NCBI GenBank assembly: GCA_037139055.1
Contig: JBAXHE010000010.1
Location: 91 to 64,090 of the forward strand
Direction of reading: 5' to 3'
Length of the DNA: 64,000 nt
Origin: Betaproteobacteria bacterium
GTDB taxonomy: Bacteria; Pseudomonadota; Gammaproteobacteria; Burkholderiales; Rhodocyclaceae
The translations under genes were made by a program, and so were the position numbers. A model generated the notes under the pieces. It did no database searches, was not told the DNA's origin, and was given only the letters and a program-made list of their open reading frames with translations. Below, in pieces: positions 25,114 through 34,923 of this stretch. How positions within the stretch are numbered: the first letter of the stretch is position 1; every line of letters starts with the position of its first letter.

Positions 25114-26033
25114 GACTGATTTATGCCGGAACGCCGGAGTTCTCGGCGCAGGCACTGAAGGCCATCGTAGATGCGGGCCATCAAGTAGAGTTAGTGCTTA
25201 CTCAGCCGGATCGGCCTTCTGGTCGAGGCATGTCCATGCACGCTTCGTCGGTCAAGGTGCTGGCGCAGTCCTTGGGGATTGAAGTATTCCAGCCGCCCAG
25301 CCTGCGCGATCCGCAGGCCCAGGAGCGATTACGTGCCGTGTGCGCAGAGGCCATGGTGGTCGCGGCCTACGGACTGATTCTGCCGCAGGCGGTGCTCGAC
25401 ATCCCACGCCTCGGCTGCCTCAACATCCATGCCTCGTTGTTACCTCGCTGGCGCGGAGCGGCTCCGATCCAGCGGGCGATCCTGGCCGGGGATGCGACCA
25501 CCGGCGTCTGTATCATGCACATGGAAGCCGGACTGGATACCGGGCCGGTATTGCTCTCTGGCGAATTGCCGATCAGCAGCGAGGATACCGCCGGCAGCCT
25601 GCACGACAAACTGGCCGGACTCGGCGCGCGGCTGATTGTCGAGGCGCTGGGGAAAGTCCCCATGTCGTCAGTGGTCCAGCCGGAAAGCGGCGTCACCTAT
25701 GCTGCCAAGATCGACAAAGCGGAGGCGCTGCTCGATTGGCGTCAGTCGGCCGAGCAACTCGATCGCCAGGTGCGGGCATTCAACCCGTTTCCGGGCGCCG
25801 TGACCCACCTGAACGGAACGTCGATCAAGGTCTGGCAAGCCATTCCGGAAGCTGGCGCGGGAATGCCGGGGACGATTCTCTGCTCCGGGAAAAATGGCAT
25901 TGTGGTCGCTTGTGGCGATGGCACGCTGCGCCTGACCGAACTTCAGAAGGCCGGCGGCAAGCGTCTGGCCGCCGGGCAGTTTCTGGCAGGAATGTCCATC
26001 CCTGACGGGGCATGCCTGGACCTGCCCTCTTGA
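25110..26033 (+). CDS. fmt: methionyl-tRNA formyltransferase
   Basis: [36 protein letters not shown]. Confidence 0.98.
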   Translation: MRLIYAGTPEFSAQALKAIVDAGHQVELVLTQPDRPSGRGMSMHASSVKVLAQSLGIEVFQPPSLRDPQAQERLRAVCAEAMVVAAYGLILPQAVLDIPRLGCLNIHASLLPRWRGAAPIQRAILAGDATTGVCIMHMEAGLDTGPVLLSGELPISSEDTAGSLHDKLAGLGARLIVEALGKVPMSSVVQPESGVTYAAKIDKAEALLDWRQSAEQLDRQVRAFNPFPGAVTHLNGTSIKVWQAIPEAGAGMPGTILCSGKNGIVVACGDGTLRLTELQKAGGKRLAAGQFLAGMSIPDGACLDLPS

Positions 26034-26102
26034 AAAGAGTGCCTGCGTTCCCCATCTACTGAGCACGAACTGAACACGTTTGTTCTGCAAGGAGACGAGA
26101 CA

Positions 26103-26960
26103 ATGTTTGGCAACTGGCTGAAAACTTCCATTCTGATGGCCGCGATCATGGCGCTGTTCGGCGTGATCGGGTCCTATATTGGCGGGTCCTCGGGGATGTT
26201 GATGGCGCTGCTTTTCGGTGGCGCGATGAATCTTTTCGCCTACTGGTTCTCCGACACCATGGTGCTGAAGATGTACAACGCGCAGGAAGTCGATGCGACG
26301 TCGGCGCCGCAGTTCTACGCCATGGTCAGCGATCTGGCGCAGCGGGCCGGTCTGCCGATGCCGCGCGTGTATCTGATCGATGAAGCGCAACCCAACGCCT
26401 TTGCCACCGGACGCGATCCGGAGCACGCTGCGGTGGCCGCAACCACGGGCATTCTGCACCTGCTCTCGGCGCGCGAAATCCGCGGAGTCATGGCGCATGA
26501 ACTGGCGCACGTCCGGCATCGCGACATTCTGATTTCAACGATTGCCGCGACCATGGCCGGTGCCATTTCGGCGCTGGCCAATTTTGCCATGTTCTTCGGC
26601 GGTCGCGATTCCGAAGGGCGGCCGGGCAACCCGATTGCCAGCATTGCCGTGGCCTTGCTGGCCCCGTTGGCCGCTTCGCTGATCCAGATGGCGATTTCTC
26701 GTGGTCGTGAGTTTGAGGCCGACCGCGGCGGTGCCGAAATCAGCGGCGACCCCGATGCCCTGGCCGACGCGCTGACCAAGATAGACGCCTACGCGCGCGG
26801 CATTCGCCTGCCCACCGCCGAGGCGCATCCGGCAACCGCGCAGATGATGATCATGAATCCGTTGTCGGGCGGCGGCATTGCCGGCCTGTTCAGCACTCAT
26901 CCGGCGACCGAAGAGCGGGTCGACCGTTTGCGCGAAATGGCCGGAAGAGGCTTGCGCTAA
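26103..26960 (+). CDS. htpX: zinc metalloprotease HtpX
   Basis: [24 protein letters not shown]...R. Confidence 0.95.
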   Translation: MFGNWLKTSILMAAIMALFGVIGSYIGGSSGMLMALLFGGAMNLFAYWFSDTMVLKMYNAQEVDATSAPQFYAMVSDLAQRAGLPMPRVYLIDEAQPNAFATGRDPEHAAVAATTGILHLLSAREIRGVMAHELAHVRHRDILISTIAATMAGAISALANFAMFFGGRDSEGRPGNPIASIAVALLAPLAASLIQMAISRGREFEADRGGAEISGDPDALADALTKIDAYARGIRLPTAEAHPATAQMMIMNPLSGGGIAGLFSTHPATEERVDRLREMAGRGLR

Positions 26961-26962
26961 GC

Positions 26963-27883
26963 CTATTGCCGGAGCGCTGCGTTCAATAGTTCAGCGAGCC
27001 GGTAGCCGGCCTGGGTGACTCGCCGCCGGGTGATTTCACGACTGTCTTCAAAAAAATCGGCAGTTATTGTCGGAGGATCATCGTGGCTTGTCGGGTAGCC
27101 GTGTTCTCGGGCAATCTGCCAGCTTTCTGCGATCCACGTCTCGCTTGACGCCGAAAGCGCCATGGGTGGGTAGTTGGAAACGAGGGATCGAGCGGTTGAT
27201 TGAAGGCGCTCGCCGCGCAGCCACGGTGGTCCAGGTAGGTCGTCCCAGAAGGCGTGGAGGGTCGAAGAGTTTTTGCGTGGATTAAAAGGGTTGCTGATCG
27301 TCATGCCCTGCCCTAGCGCGTCCCACTTCCCGTTTGCGCCCGTCCGGACACAGGTGTGCAGCGGCTGGTGTGCATCTCCGACCAGATGGATGATCCAGGG
27401 TAATGCGTAGCTGCGATCAACGGCGCTGGTATTTCTTATGGCCAGAGTCTTTAGCAAGTTCATCAACTGTGTGCCCAGACGGCCTGAAAGGGGTGGATCA
27501 TCAGGCGAACCGTCAAGACGGAGATTGACGTAATGCCAATCCGAGTGCCGCTGCATGTCAGGGAAGCCGGCTAATAGCGGCGTTGGGTCGTCCATCCCGG
27601 CATGGTAAAAACGTTGATCCTGCCGAATGTCATCGGGCCAGGTAGAGGCTTCGACAAAGGCACCACGATCAGCTTGGGCATCTTTGGCCCGCTTTACCCA
27701 GAGCGCATGGTCAGGATGTCCTTGCAGCAGGCGCGTGACCTCTGCCCGCGTAAGGGCTTCAAGCTGTTCCCAAGCGATATGCGCAACCAGGCGGTGGCCG
27801 GCGGCGTTCCAGGCCAAGGCCGTCAAGGGCAGTGGCGACAAGATAAAGAATAGCAAGAGGTGCCGGATGTAGAGTGAGTGCAT
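26963..27883 (-). CDS. secreted S1/P1-family nuclease
   Basis: Signal peptide then WNAAGH, WPDDIR, WHY, HLVGDAHQPLH, LHAFWDD; start reset to ATG 27883. Confidence 0.9.
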   Translation of the reverse strand: MHSLYIRHLLLFFILSPLPLTALAWNAAGHRLVAHIAWEQLEALTRAEVTRLLQGHPDHALWVKRAKDAQADRGAFVEASTWPDDIRQDQRFYHAGMDDPTPLLAGFPDMQRHSDWHYVNLRLDGSPDDPPLSGRLGTQLMNLLKTLAIRNTSAVDRSYALPWIIHLVGDAHQPLHTCVRTGANGKWDALGQGMTISNPFNPRKNSSTLHAFWDDLPGPPWLRGERLQSTARSLVSNYPPMALSASSETWIAESWQIAREHGYPTSHDDPPTITADFFEDSREITRRRVTQAGYRLAELLNAALRQ

Positions 27884-28030
27884 AGGAAAAATAGCGATTC
27901 GGTCAGATTTCCCAAGATGAAACAGGGCGCCCCAGGCGGCGGCGAAGCGATTTAAGGAAGCGCGATTCATCAGGCAATTATGTGCGCCAAAAGCCGTGCT
28001 TGTCATCATCATGCTAAACTCAAACAATGA

Positions 28031-29401
28031 ATGTCTTTGATAAACACGACCTTGCCTTCTTTTAATACCCCGCCGCGTAGAGTCCGTGTGCCGCGAGCCA
28101 CACCTCATGATGTCGCCGAACGTCCAGCGACGCCCTCCGCTAACCTTCCGCACGATTCGCTGGGCCGCAGTCTGCTGCTGGCGGCGCGCGTGCTGGCCAG
28201 CGTTGATTCCGGAAAAAGTCTGAGTGAAGCGCTTACCGGGCTGGCCAATGAAACCCCGGGGGCACGTGCTGCGGCACAGGATATTGCTTATGGTGTACTG
28301 CGCCGTTACGGCTGGGGCGAATACCTGCTCGGGCGCTTGATGAGCAAACCGCTGAGTCATCCTGAAACCTATGCCTTGCTGCAGGGGGCGCTATTCCGCC
28401 TGGAAACCCGAGCGGATTCGGTGCACATGGTCGTTGATCAGGCAGTATTTGCCGCCGGTGAGTTGGCCGGAGGGGTCTTCAAAGGACTGGTCAATGGCGT
28501 ATTGCGCAACTATCTGCGGCAAAGAGAAGCGCTTCTTGCTGATTTGGCGGGCAATGAAGTGGCAAGGTATCAGTACCCGCTGTGGTGGTTGAACCGCTTG
28601 CGCCGAGCCTATCGTGAGCAATGGGAAAGCATTGTCGCTGCCGGTAACTGTCCGCCACCGATGACTCTGCGCGTGAATCAGCGCCTGGGTTCGCGGGATG
28701 CATACTCAGCCCAGCTTGCTGCTGCAGGATTCCCGGCCAAGCCGGTTGGTCGGCAGGGACTGATTCTGGAACGTGCTGTGCCGGTCGATGCCCTGCCTGG
28801 GTTTTTTGAAGGTTGGGTCTCGGTTCAGGATGCGGGCGCACAACGCGCGGCAGAACTGCTTTCCCCGGTAGCTGGAGAGCGTGTCCTCGATGCCTGCGCT
28901 GCGCCGGGTGGTAAAACAGCCCACCTGCTCGAATTAGCCGAAATCGATCTGTTGGCGCTGGATATTGATGCGCTGCGGACGCGGAGAATCGACGAAAATC
29001 TTCAACGCCTCAGACTATCGGCAGAAGTGAGCGTTGCCGACTGCAGCGATATCAAGAACTGGTGGGATGGCCGACTGTTTGATGCGATTCTTGCCGACGT
29101 ACCCTGCTCGGCTTCGGGTGTCGTGCGCCGACATCCGGACATCAAGAAATTGCGCCGGGAAAGTGATATTCGTAATTTTGCCAAAACCCAGGCGACTATC
29201 CTGGACAGCCTCTGGCCTTTGCTCAAAACGGGCGGTAAGCTGTTGTACGCCACCTGCTCGGTGTTCCCGGAAGAAAACTCGGGGCAAATCGATGCCTTCT
29301 TGGTTCGACAGTCGGGGAGCGAGCGACTGAGTGAGGAGCAACTGTTGCCACAGGACGAAAACGACGGTTTTTATTATGCGTTGTTGCGCAAATCTGCTTA
29401 G
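28031..29401 (+). CDS. rsmB: 16S rRNA m5C967 methyltransferase RsmB (Sun)
   Basis: NusB-like N-terminus, SVQD, DACAAPGGKT, DVPCSASG..RRHPD, YATCS. Confidence 0.96.
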   Translation: MSLINTTLPSFNTPPRRVRVPRATPHDVAERPATPSANLPHDSLGRSLLLAARVLASVDSGKSLSEALTGLANETPGARAAAQDIAYGVLRRYGWGEYLLGRLMSKPLSHPETYALLQGALFRLETRADSVHMVVDQAVFAAGELAGGVFKGLVNGVLRNYLRQREALLADLAGNEVARYQYPLWWLNRLRRAYREQWESIVAAGNCPPPMTLRVNQRLGSRDAYSAQLAAAGFPAKPVGRQGLILERAVPVDALPGFFEGWVSVQDAGAQRAAELLSPVAGERVLDACAAPGGKTAHLLELAEIDLLALDIDALRTRRIDENLQRLRLSAEVSVADCSDIKNWWDGRLFDAILADVPCSASGVVRRHPDIKKLRRESDIRNFAKTQATILDSLWPLLKTGGKLLYATCSVFPEENSGQIDAFLVRQSGSERLSEEQLLPQDENDGFYYALLRKSA

Positions 29402-30011
29402 AACATTGCTCTGGCTTCTGCTGCTTGCCGGGTCGGCAGTGCAGGCTGCCGACATCAGCCTGCGCAACCCGCAAATTACGGCCTCCGAAGACGGCTATAC
29501 GCTGACCGCTGATTTCAACATCAATTTCAATTCGCGGCTCGAAGCGGCGGTGAATAAGGGTATTGTGCTTTATTTCGCAGTCGACTTTGAATTGAGTCGC
29601 TCACGCTGGTACTGGCTCGATGAGCAGCTTATCCGTCGCAACAAGACCTTCCAACTGTCATACCACGCACTGACTCGCCAGTATCGGCTATCCACAGGCG
29701 CCCTGCATCAGGGCTTTGCCTCGCTGGAAGAGGCGCTGGGCATGATTTCACGTTTGCGCAACTGGCAGGTAATCGAAAAAGGTGAAATCAAAACGGAACA
29801 GCCTTATCTTGCCGGGCTGCGCATGCGTCTCGATTTGTCGCAGATGCCGAAGACCTTTCAGGTCACGGCCCTGTCGAACCGGGACTGGAACCTGACATCC
29901 GACTGGGTGCGCTGGAGCTTCACTCCTCAGGAGTTTGAATTGACCCCAGCAAGTTTGGGCACGGCGTCAGGGGTCGGCGGCTTGCCGCCGACCCCGGGTG
30001 AAGCCAAATGA
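29376..30011 (+). CDS. DUF4390 family protein
   Basis: Signal peptide, RWYWLDE, LSYHALTRQYR, PKTFQV; usual position between rsmB and ntrY; start uncertain. Confidence 0.85.
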   Translation: MRCCANLLRTLLWLLLLAGSAVQAADISLRNPQITASEDGYTLTADFNINFNSRLEAAVNKGIVLYFAVDFELSRSRWYWLDEQLIRRNKTFQLSYHALTRQYRLSTGALHQGFASLEEALGMISRLRNWQVIEKGEIKTEQPYLAGLRMRLDLSQMPKTFQVTALSNRDWNLTSDWVRWSFTPQEFELTPASLGTASGVGGLPPTPGEAK

Positions 30012-32161
30012 AAAAGCTGATCATTGTCGCCGCGTCGTTTGGCGGCATTCTGCTTTTCCTGCTGGCGTCAGCCAGTGCCAATACCGCACTGTTTGCCCGC
30101 CATTACCCCTGGCTGCTGGGTCTCAACGCGATCGTTGCACTTTCCCTGTTCGTCCTTATCGTCTGGCAGGTGCGTGATTTATGGCAGGAACACCGGGCCA
30201 AGGTCTTTGGCTCGCGGCTCAAGCTGCGACTGATGCTGATGTTCGGTTTCATGGCTATTTTGCCTGGGGTTTTGATCTACGCGGTTTCAGTCCAGTTCGT
30301 TACCAAGAGCATTGAAACCTGGTTCGATGTGCGCGTTGAAAAAGCACTTGAATCTGGCCTCAATCTGGGTCGTGAAGCCCTGGATTCCTTACGCGCCGAC
30401 CTGGTCGACAAGGCCCGCAACATGGCACTGGAGCTGAGTGAGCGCAGCGAAGCACCGCCCCGCCTGGCGCTGAGCCGCTTGCGCGAACAGACGGGCGTTC
30501 AGTCGGCCGCCTTGTATTCGGCCAATGGTCAGTTGCTGGCCACGGCGACCAGCGAGTTGTCTGCACCGATGCCGGTACAGCCTGCGGCGGAGTTGGTGAG
30601 TCGAGTGCGCAACGGGCGAGTGCACAGCGAAATCGATGGCTCGGCTGGCAAGGAGTTGATCCTGCGCGCTCTGGTTCCGGTCGTTTCCCTCGATCTGGGT
30701 GCCGAGACCCGGATTCTGCAACTGACGCAATCGGTTCCAGCCGGATTGGCAAGCAATGCCGAGCGGGTGCAAGAGGTCTATCGCGATTATCAGGAGCTCT
30801 CGCTCGGGCGCGAGGGGCTAACACGCATTTACGCCATGACCCTGACGCTGACCGTGTTGCTGGCCTTATTTACGGCGATTGCCACGGCCTTTGTTCTGGC
30901 GCGCCGCCTGTCAGCGCCGCTGTCGATCCTGGCCGAAGGAACGCAGGCCGTCGCCGCCGGTGACTTTACGCCGCGTCAGGCGATTTACAGTCGCGACGAA
31001 CTCGGCGTGCTGACCCAGTCGTTCAACCAAATGACGCGCCAGCTTGATGATGCTCGGCGGGATACCGAACGTCACCGTGCCGATGTCGAATCGGCGCGCG
31101 CCTATCTGGAGTCCATTCTGGCCAACCTGTCGGCGGGGGTGCTGGTCTTCGACAAGCGCTTCCTGCTGCGCACCATCAATCAGGGCGCGCGAATGATTCT
31201 TGACGACGACCTGAATGATCTGTTGGCCGAATCGGTCGATTCATGGCCGCATGAGCAGGTGCTCGGCCGGGCCATCCGTGAGGCATTTGCCGAACATGGG
31301 CGGAAGGAGTGGCAGACACAGATCGAACTGGATCGGCCCGGTGGGCTGCCGCAAATCCTGCTGGTTCGTGGAACGCAGCTGCCCGAGGGGAGTGCTGGCG
31401 GCTACGTCGTGGTCTTCGACGACGTGACCCGCCTGGTGGCGGCACAGCGTAGTGCCGCGTGGGGCGAAGTGGCACGGCGCTTGGCGCACGAGATCAAGAA
31501 TCCGCTGACGCCGATTCAGCTTTCTGCTGAACGCTTGCAGGTCAAGCTGGCCGACAAACTGAGCGGAAGCGATGTAGACATGCTGAGCCGGTCGACGCAA
31601 ACGATCATCAACCAGGTTCAGGCCATGAAACGCATGGTCAATGAGTTTTCAGACTATGCGCGGATGCCTGCGCCGGAACTGAAAGAACTGAACCTCAACC
31701 AACTGATCGACGAGGTGCTCGGTTTATATGAAGCCTCGGGAGCGGATATCCAGCTTAAGCTGCAGGAAAATTTACCGTCGGTCTGGGGCGATGCCTCCCA
31801 GCTGCGCCAGATCATCCACAACCTCCTGCGCAATGCCGAGGATGCGCTGGGAGAGTCCGGGCAGAGTGAAATAATTGTGGTTACCCGGGTGGTCGAGAAC
31901 ATGGCAGAATTGGCCGTCCGTGACAGCGGTCCCGGTTTCCCTCCGGAGATCATGGCCCGGGTCTTTGAACCCTATGTAACGACCAAGACCGGTGGCACGG
32001 GTCTGGGGTTGGCGATTGTCAAGAAAATTGTTGATGAACATCAGGGGCAGATAAAAATCAGGAATCGCCAGCCCGAGGGGGCCGAGGTTTGCATCCTGCT
32101 GCCCCTGGCCCAGGTTACACAAGAAAAACCAAGTAAGTCTGAAACATCCAAAGAAAGCTGA
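30008..32161 (+). CDS. ntrY: NtrY/PlrS-like sensor histidine kinase
   Basis: TM segments, SIETWFD, HAMP, PAS, AWGEVARRLAHEIKNPLTPIQLSAERL, FEPYVTTK. Confidence 0.9.
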   Translation: MKKLIIVAASFGGILLFLLASASANTALFARHYPWLLGLNAIVALSLFVLIVWQVRDLWQEHRAKVFGSRLKLRLMLMFGFMAILPGVLIYAVSVQFVTKSIETWFDVRVEKALESGLNLGREALDSLRADLVDKARNMALELSERSEAPPRLALSRLREQTGVQSAALYSANGQLLATATSELSAPMPVQPAAELVSRVRNGRVHSEIDGSAGKELILRALVPVVSLDLGAETRILQLTQSVPAGLASNAERVQEVYRDYQELSLGREGLTRIYAMTLTLTVLLALFTAIATAFVLARRLSAPLSILAEGTQAVAAGDFTPRQAIYSRDELGVLTQSFNQMTRQLDDARRDTERHRADVESARAYLESILANLSAGVLVFDKRFLLRTINQGARMILDDDLNDLLAESVDSWPHEQVLGRAIREAFAEHGRKEWQTQIELDRPGGLPQILLVRGTQLPEGSAGGYVVVFDDVTRLVAAQRSAAWGEVARRLAHEIKNPLTPIQLSAERLQVKLADKLSGSDVDMLSRSTQTIINQVQAMKRMVNEFSDYARMPAPELKELNLNQLIDEVLGLYEASGADIQLKLQENLPSVWGDASQLRQIIHNLLRNAEDALGESGQSEIIVVTRVVENMAELAVRDSGPGFPPEIMARVFEPYVTTKTGGTGLGLAIVKKIVDEHQGQIKIRNRQPEGAEVCILLPLAQVTQEKPSKSETSKES

Positions 32162-32163
32162 CT

Positions 32164-33426
32164 ATGGCGCAAATACTGGTCGTCGATGACGAAATAGGGA
32201 TTAGAGAGTTACTTTCGGAAATTCTGGCTGACGAAGGACATACGGTTCTGCTCGCCGAAAATTCGGCAGGAGCGCGAAAGATTCGCAATGAAAAACGGCC
32301 AGACCTTGTTCTGCTCGATATCTGGATGCCGGATACCGATGGGATCTCGCTGCTCAAGGAATGGTCGGTTGCTGGTCTGCTGACCATGCCGGTCGTCATG
32401 ATGTCCGGGCACGGAACCATTGACTCTGCCGTAGAAGCGACCCGGGTTGGCGCCATCGACTTTCTCGAAAAGCCGATTGCCCTGCAAAAACTGCTGACGA
32501 CGGTGAAAAAGGCTCTCAAGCACGAGGTGTTCTCGCAAAAACCGCCGCTGACGCTTGATGCTTTCGCCCGTTCTCCGTTGCTCAAGGATCTGAAAAAAAG
32601 GCTCGAGCAGGCAGCGTCTAAGACTCCGGTGTTGCTGCTCAAGAGTGCGTCGGGAAGTATTGCTGAAATTTGTGCGCGTACCCTGCAGACTCCTAAAATG
32701 CCCTGGGTTGACCTGTCGGCCTCGAGTGCTCCACTAACGCAGGAAATGCTGGAGGACTCGGCGGGCGGGATCCTGTTCATTTCTGACCTGATGCTGCTTG
32801 GCAAGCTGCAGCAGAAAAATCTGGTTTTCGCCCTCGATCGCCTGGAAAAATACAATCTGCAAATGGTTGTGGCTTGCCCCCGATCGCTGAACACGCTCAA
32901 TGATGCCGGCTGGGATTCTTCACTTGTCGCGCGCCTGGGGGAAGTGTGGGTGACCTTGCCGCAGCTTTCCGGGCATGCCGATGAGTTGCCGGAGATTTCC
33001 ACGCTCCTGCTTTCACATCTGGTAGAACGGAAGGAAGTGCCTTCGCGCTTCTTTTCGAGTGCTGCACTCAACGCCTTGCGGTTGCATCACTGGCAGGGCG
33101 AATGGGCCGAGTTGTTGGCGACGGTAAAGAATCTGGCGCTGTCCGCGCTGGAAGAAGAGATCTCGGTGGAGGATGTTGATTTCATCCTGCGTCGCGATGT
33201 TGGCGATATGCCCAAACCGCCGCCGGCCTTACCCCTTTTCGATCAGCCGCTGCGTGAAGCGCGTGAAGCCTTTGAGCGACTTTATTTTGAGCACCATCTG
33301 AAAAGCGAACGCGGAAACATGACGCGCGTTGCTGACAAAACGGGACTTGAGCGCACCCATTTGTACCGCAAACTGAAGCAACTGGGCCTGAATCTCGGAC
33401 GGCGCAGCGAAGAAAACGAGATCTGA
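32164..33426 (+). CDS. ntrX: NtrX-like response regulator with degenerate AAA+ domain
   Basis: [17 protein letters not shown]; Fis-type [15 protein letters not shown]; no Walker A or GAFTGA. Confidence 0.85.
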   Translation: MAQILVVDDEIGIRELLSEILADEGHTVLLAENSAGARKIRNEKRPDLVLLDIWMPDTDGISLLKEWSVAGLLTMPVVMMSGHGTIDSAVEATRVGAIDFLEKPIALQKLLTTVKKALKHEVFSQKPPLTLDAFARSPLLKDLKKRLEQAASKTPVLLLKSASGSIAEICARTLQTPKMPWVDLSASSAPLTQEMLEDSAGGILFISDLMLLGKLQQKNLVFALDRLEKYNLQMVVACPRSLNTLNDAGWDSSLVARLGEVWVTLPQLSGHADELPEISTLLLSHLVERKEVPSRFFSSAALNALRLHHWQGEWAELLATVKNLALSALEEEISVEDVDFILRRDVGDMPKPPPALPLFDQPLREAREAFERLYFEHHLKSERGNMTRVADKTGLERTHLYRKLKQLGLNLGRRSEENEI

Positions 33427-33494
33427 AAATCGTCAAACGATCCAGCGACGACTTTCAGGCGGATAATTACACATTAAATCAAGCGAGACTTGGC

Positions 33495-34568
33495 GTGACA
33501 CGACCCCGTAATGATAACTTTCTGCGTGCTCTGCTTCGCGAGCCGACCGATCACACTCCGATCTGGCTGATGCGCCAAGCCGGCCGTTATCTGCCGGAAT
33601 ACTGCGAAACCCGCAAGCGGGCAGGCAGCTTTCTGCAGCTGTGCAAGAACCCGGCCCTGGCCTGCGAAGTGACCCTGCAGCCGCTGTCGCGCTATAACCT
33701 GGACGCAGCGATTCTGTTCTCGGACATCCTCACCGTTCCCGATGCCATGGGGCTGGGGCTGTACTTTACCGAAGGCGAGGGGCCAAAATTCGAGCGTCCG
33801 CTGCGCGAAGAGTGGGCGATACGCGATCTTACAGTGCCCGATCCCTACGACCACCTGCGCTATGTGCTTGATGGCGTATCCGAAATCCGGCGTGCGCTGG
33901 ACAACTCGGTACCGCTGATCGGATTCTCCGGCAGTCCTTTTACCCTCGCCTGCTATATGGTCGAAGGCGGGTCCAGCAGTGATTACCGGCGGGTCAAGAC
34001 CATGATTTATGATCGCCCTGATTTGATGCACCGCATTCTGGCGGTGAATGCCGAGGCCGTGACGGCGTATCTCAACGCCCAAATTGAATCCGGAGTACAG
34101 GCGGTCATGATTTTCGATTCCTGGGGCGGTGCTCTATCGGCTGCGGCGTATCAGGAGTTCTCGCTTCAATACATGCAGCGCATCGTCAATGGCCTGATCA
34201 AGGAAAAAGACGGCGAGCGTATCCCTTCGATCGTCTTTACCAAGGGCGGCGGCGGTTGGCTCGAGTCGATTGCCAATCTGGGCTGCGACGCAGTAGGCCT
34301 CGACTGGACGATAGACATCAGTGACGCGCGTCGGAGAGTGGGTGACAAGGTGGCCCTGCAGGGCAATCTTGATCCGAACGTGCTTTTCGCTGCACCGGAC
34401 AAAATTGCGGCGGAAGCCATCAAGGTCCTCGACAGCTATGGCCCGGGAAATACCGGCCATGTCTTCAACCTGGGCCATGGTATCTCGCAGTTCACGCCGC
34501 CTGAGCACGTGACCGCTCTTGTGGATACGGTGCACGAGTACAGCAAAAAACAGCGTAAAACAAGCTAA
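33495..34568 (+). CDS. hemE: uroporphyrinogen decarboxylase
   Basis: [33 protein letters not shown]. Confidence 0.98.
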   Translation: MTRPRNDNFLRALLREPTDHTPIWLMRQAGRYLPEYCETRKRAGSFLQLCKNPALACEVTLQPLSRYNLDAAILFSDILTVPDAMGLGLYFTEGEGPKFERPLREEWAIRDLTVPDPYDHLRYVLDGVSEIRRALDNSVPLIGFSGSPFTLACYMVEGGSSSDYRRVKTMIYDRPDLMHRILAVNAEAVTAYLNAQIESGVQAVMIFDSWGGALSAAAYQEFSLQYMQRIVNGLIKEKDGERIPSIVFTKGGGGWLESIANLGCDAVGLDWTIDISDARRRVGDKVALQGNLDPNVLFAAPDKIAAEAIKVLDSYGPGNTGHVFNLGHGISQFTPPEHVTALVDTVHEYSKKQRKTS

Positions 34569-34591
34569 GTATTTTCAACATTTGAGTTGAC

Positions 34592-34791
34592 TTATGCACA
34601 GAGATTGGCTTGCTGTCACATCCCGTTACAAAAAGTATTGATAATCAGGGTCTTACTTGTAACTCATTGTTTATGTGATGTATTTATCAAGCCTTTTTTT
34701 GTGGCAAAGTGACAGAACTCCCTGTGTTGAAGCGCGATGCCCTCTGTTTTTGAGTTTAACCCACAGACTTATCCACAGAAAATGTGCATAA
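34592..34791. promoter_or_regulatory. second DnaA-box cluster (DARS-like) with IHF-like sites
   Basis: TTATGCACA at 34592; TAACCCACA 34757 - gac - TTATCCACA 34769 - gaaaa - TGTGCATAA 34783; AT-rich. Confidence 0.7.
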
Positions 34792-34923
34792 CCCGGAATG
34801 TACTGAGAACTGAATGAGTTACGCGTTATTCGCAGAACCGAGGCGAGCTTTACCAGCTAACTGGGCCTTGACGAACTATGCCTTTCGGCCTAGAGCAAGG
34901 GATCAAATCATCGACGTCAGCAC

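Noticed and set aside
27884-28360. 158-aa extension of the S1/P1 nuclease ORF
   Set aside because: It is an antisense shadow of rsmB; the signal peptide begins at 27883.
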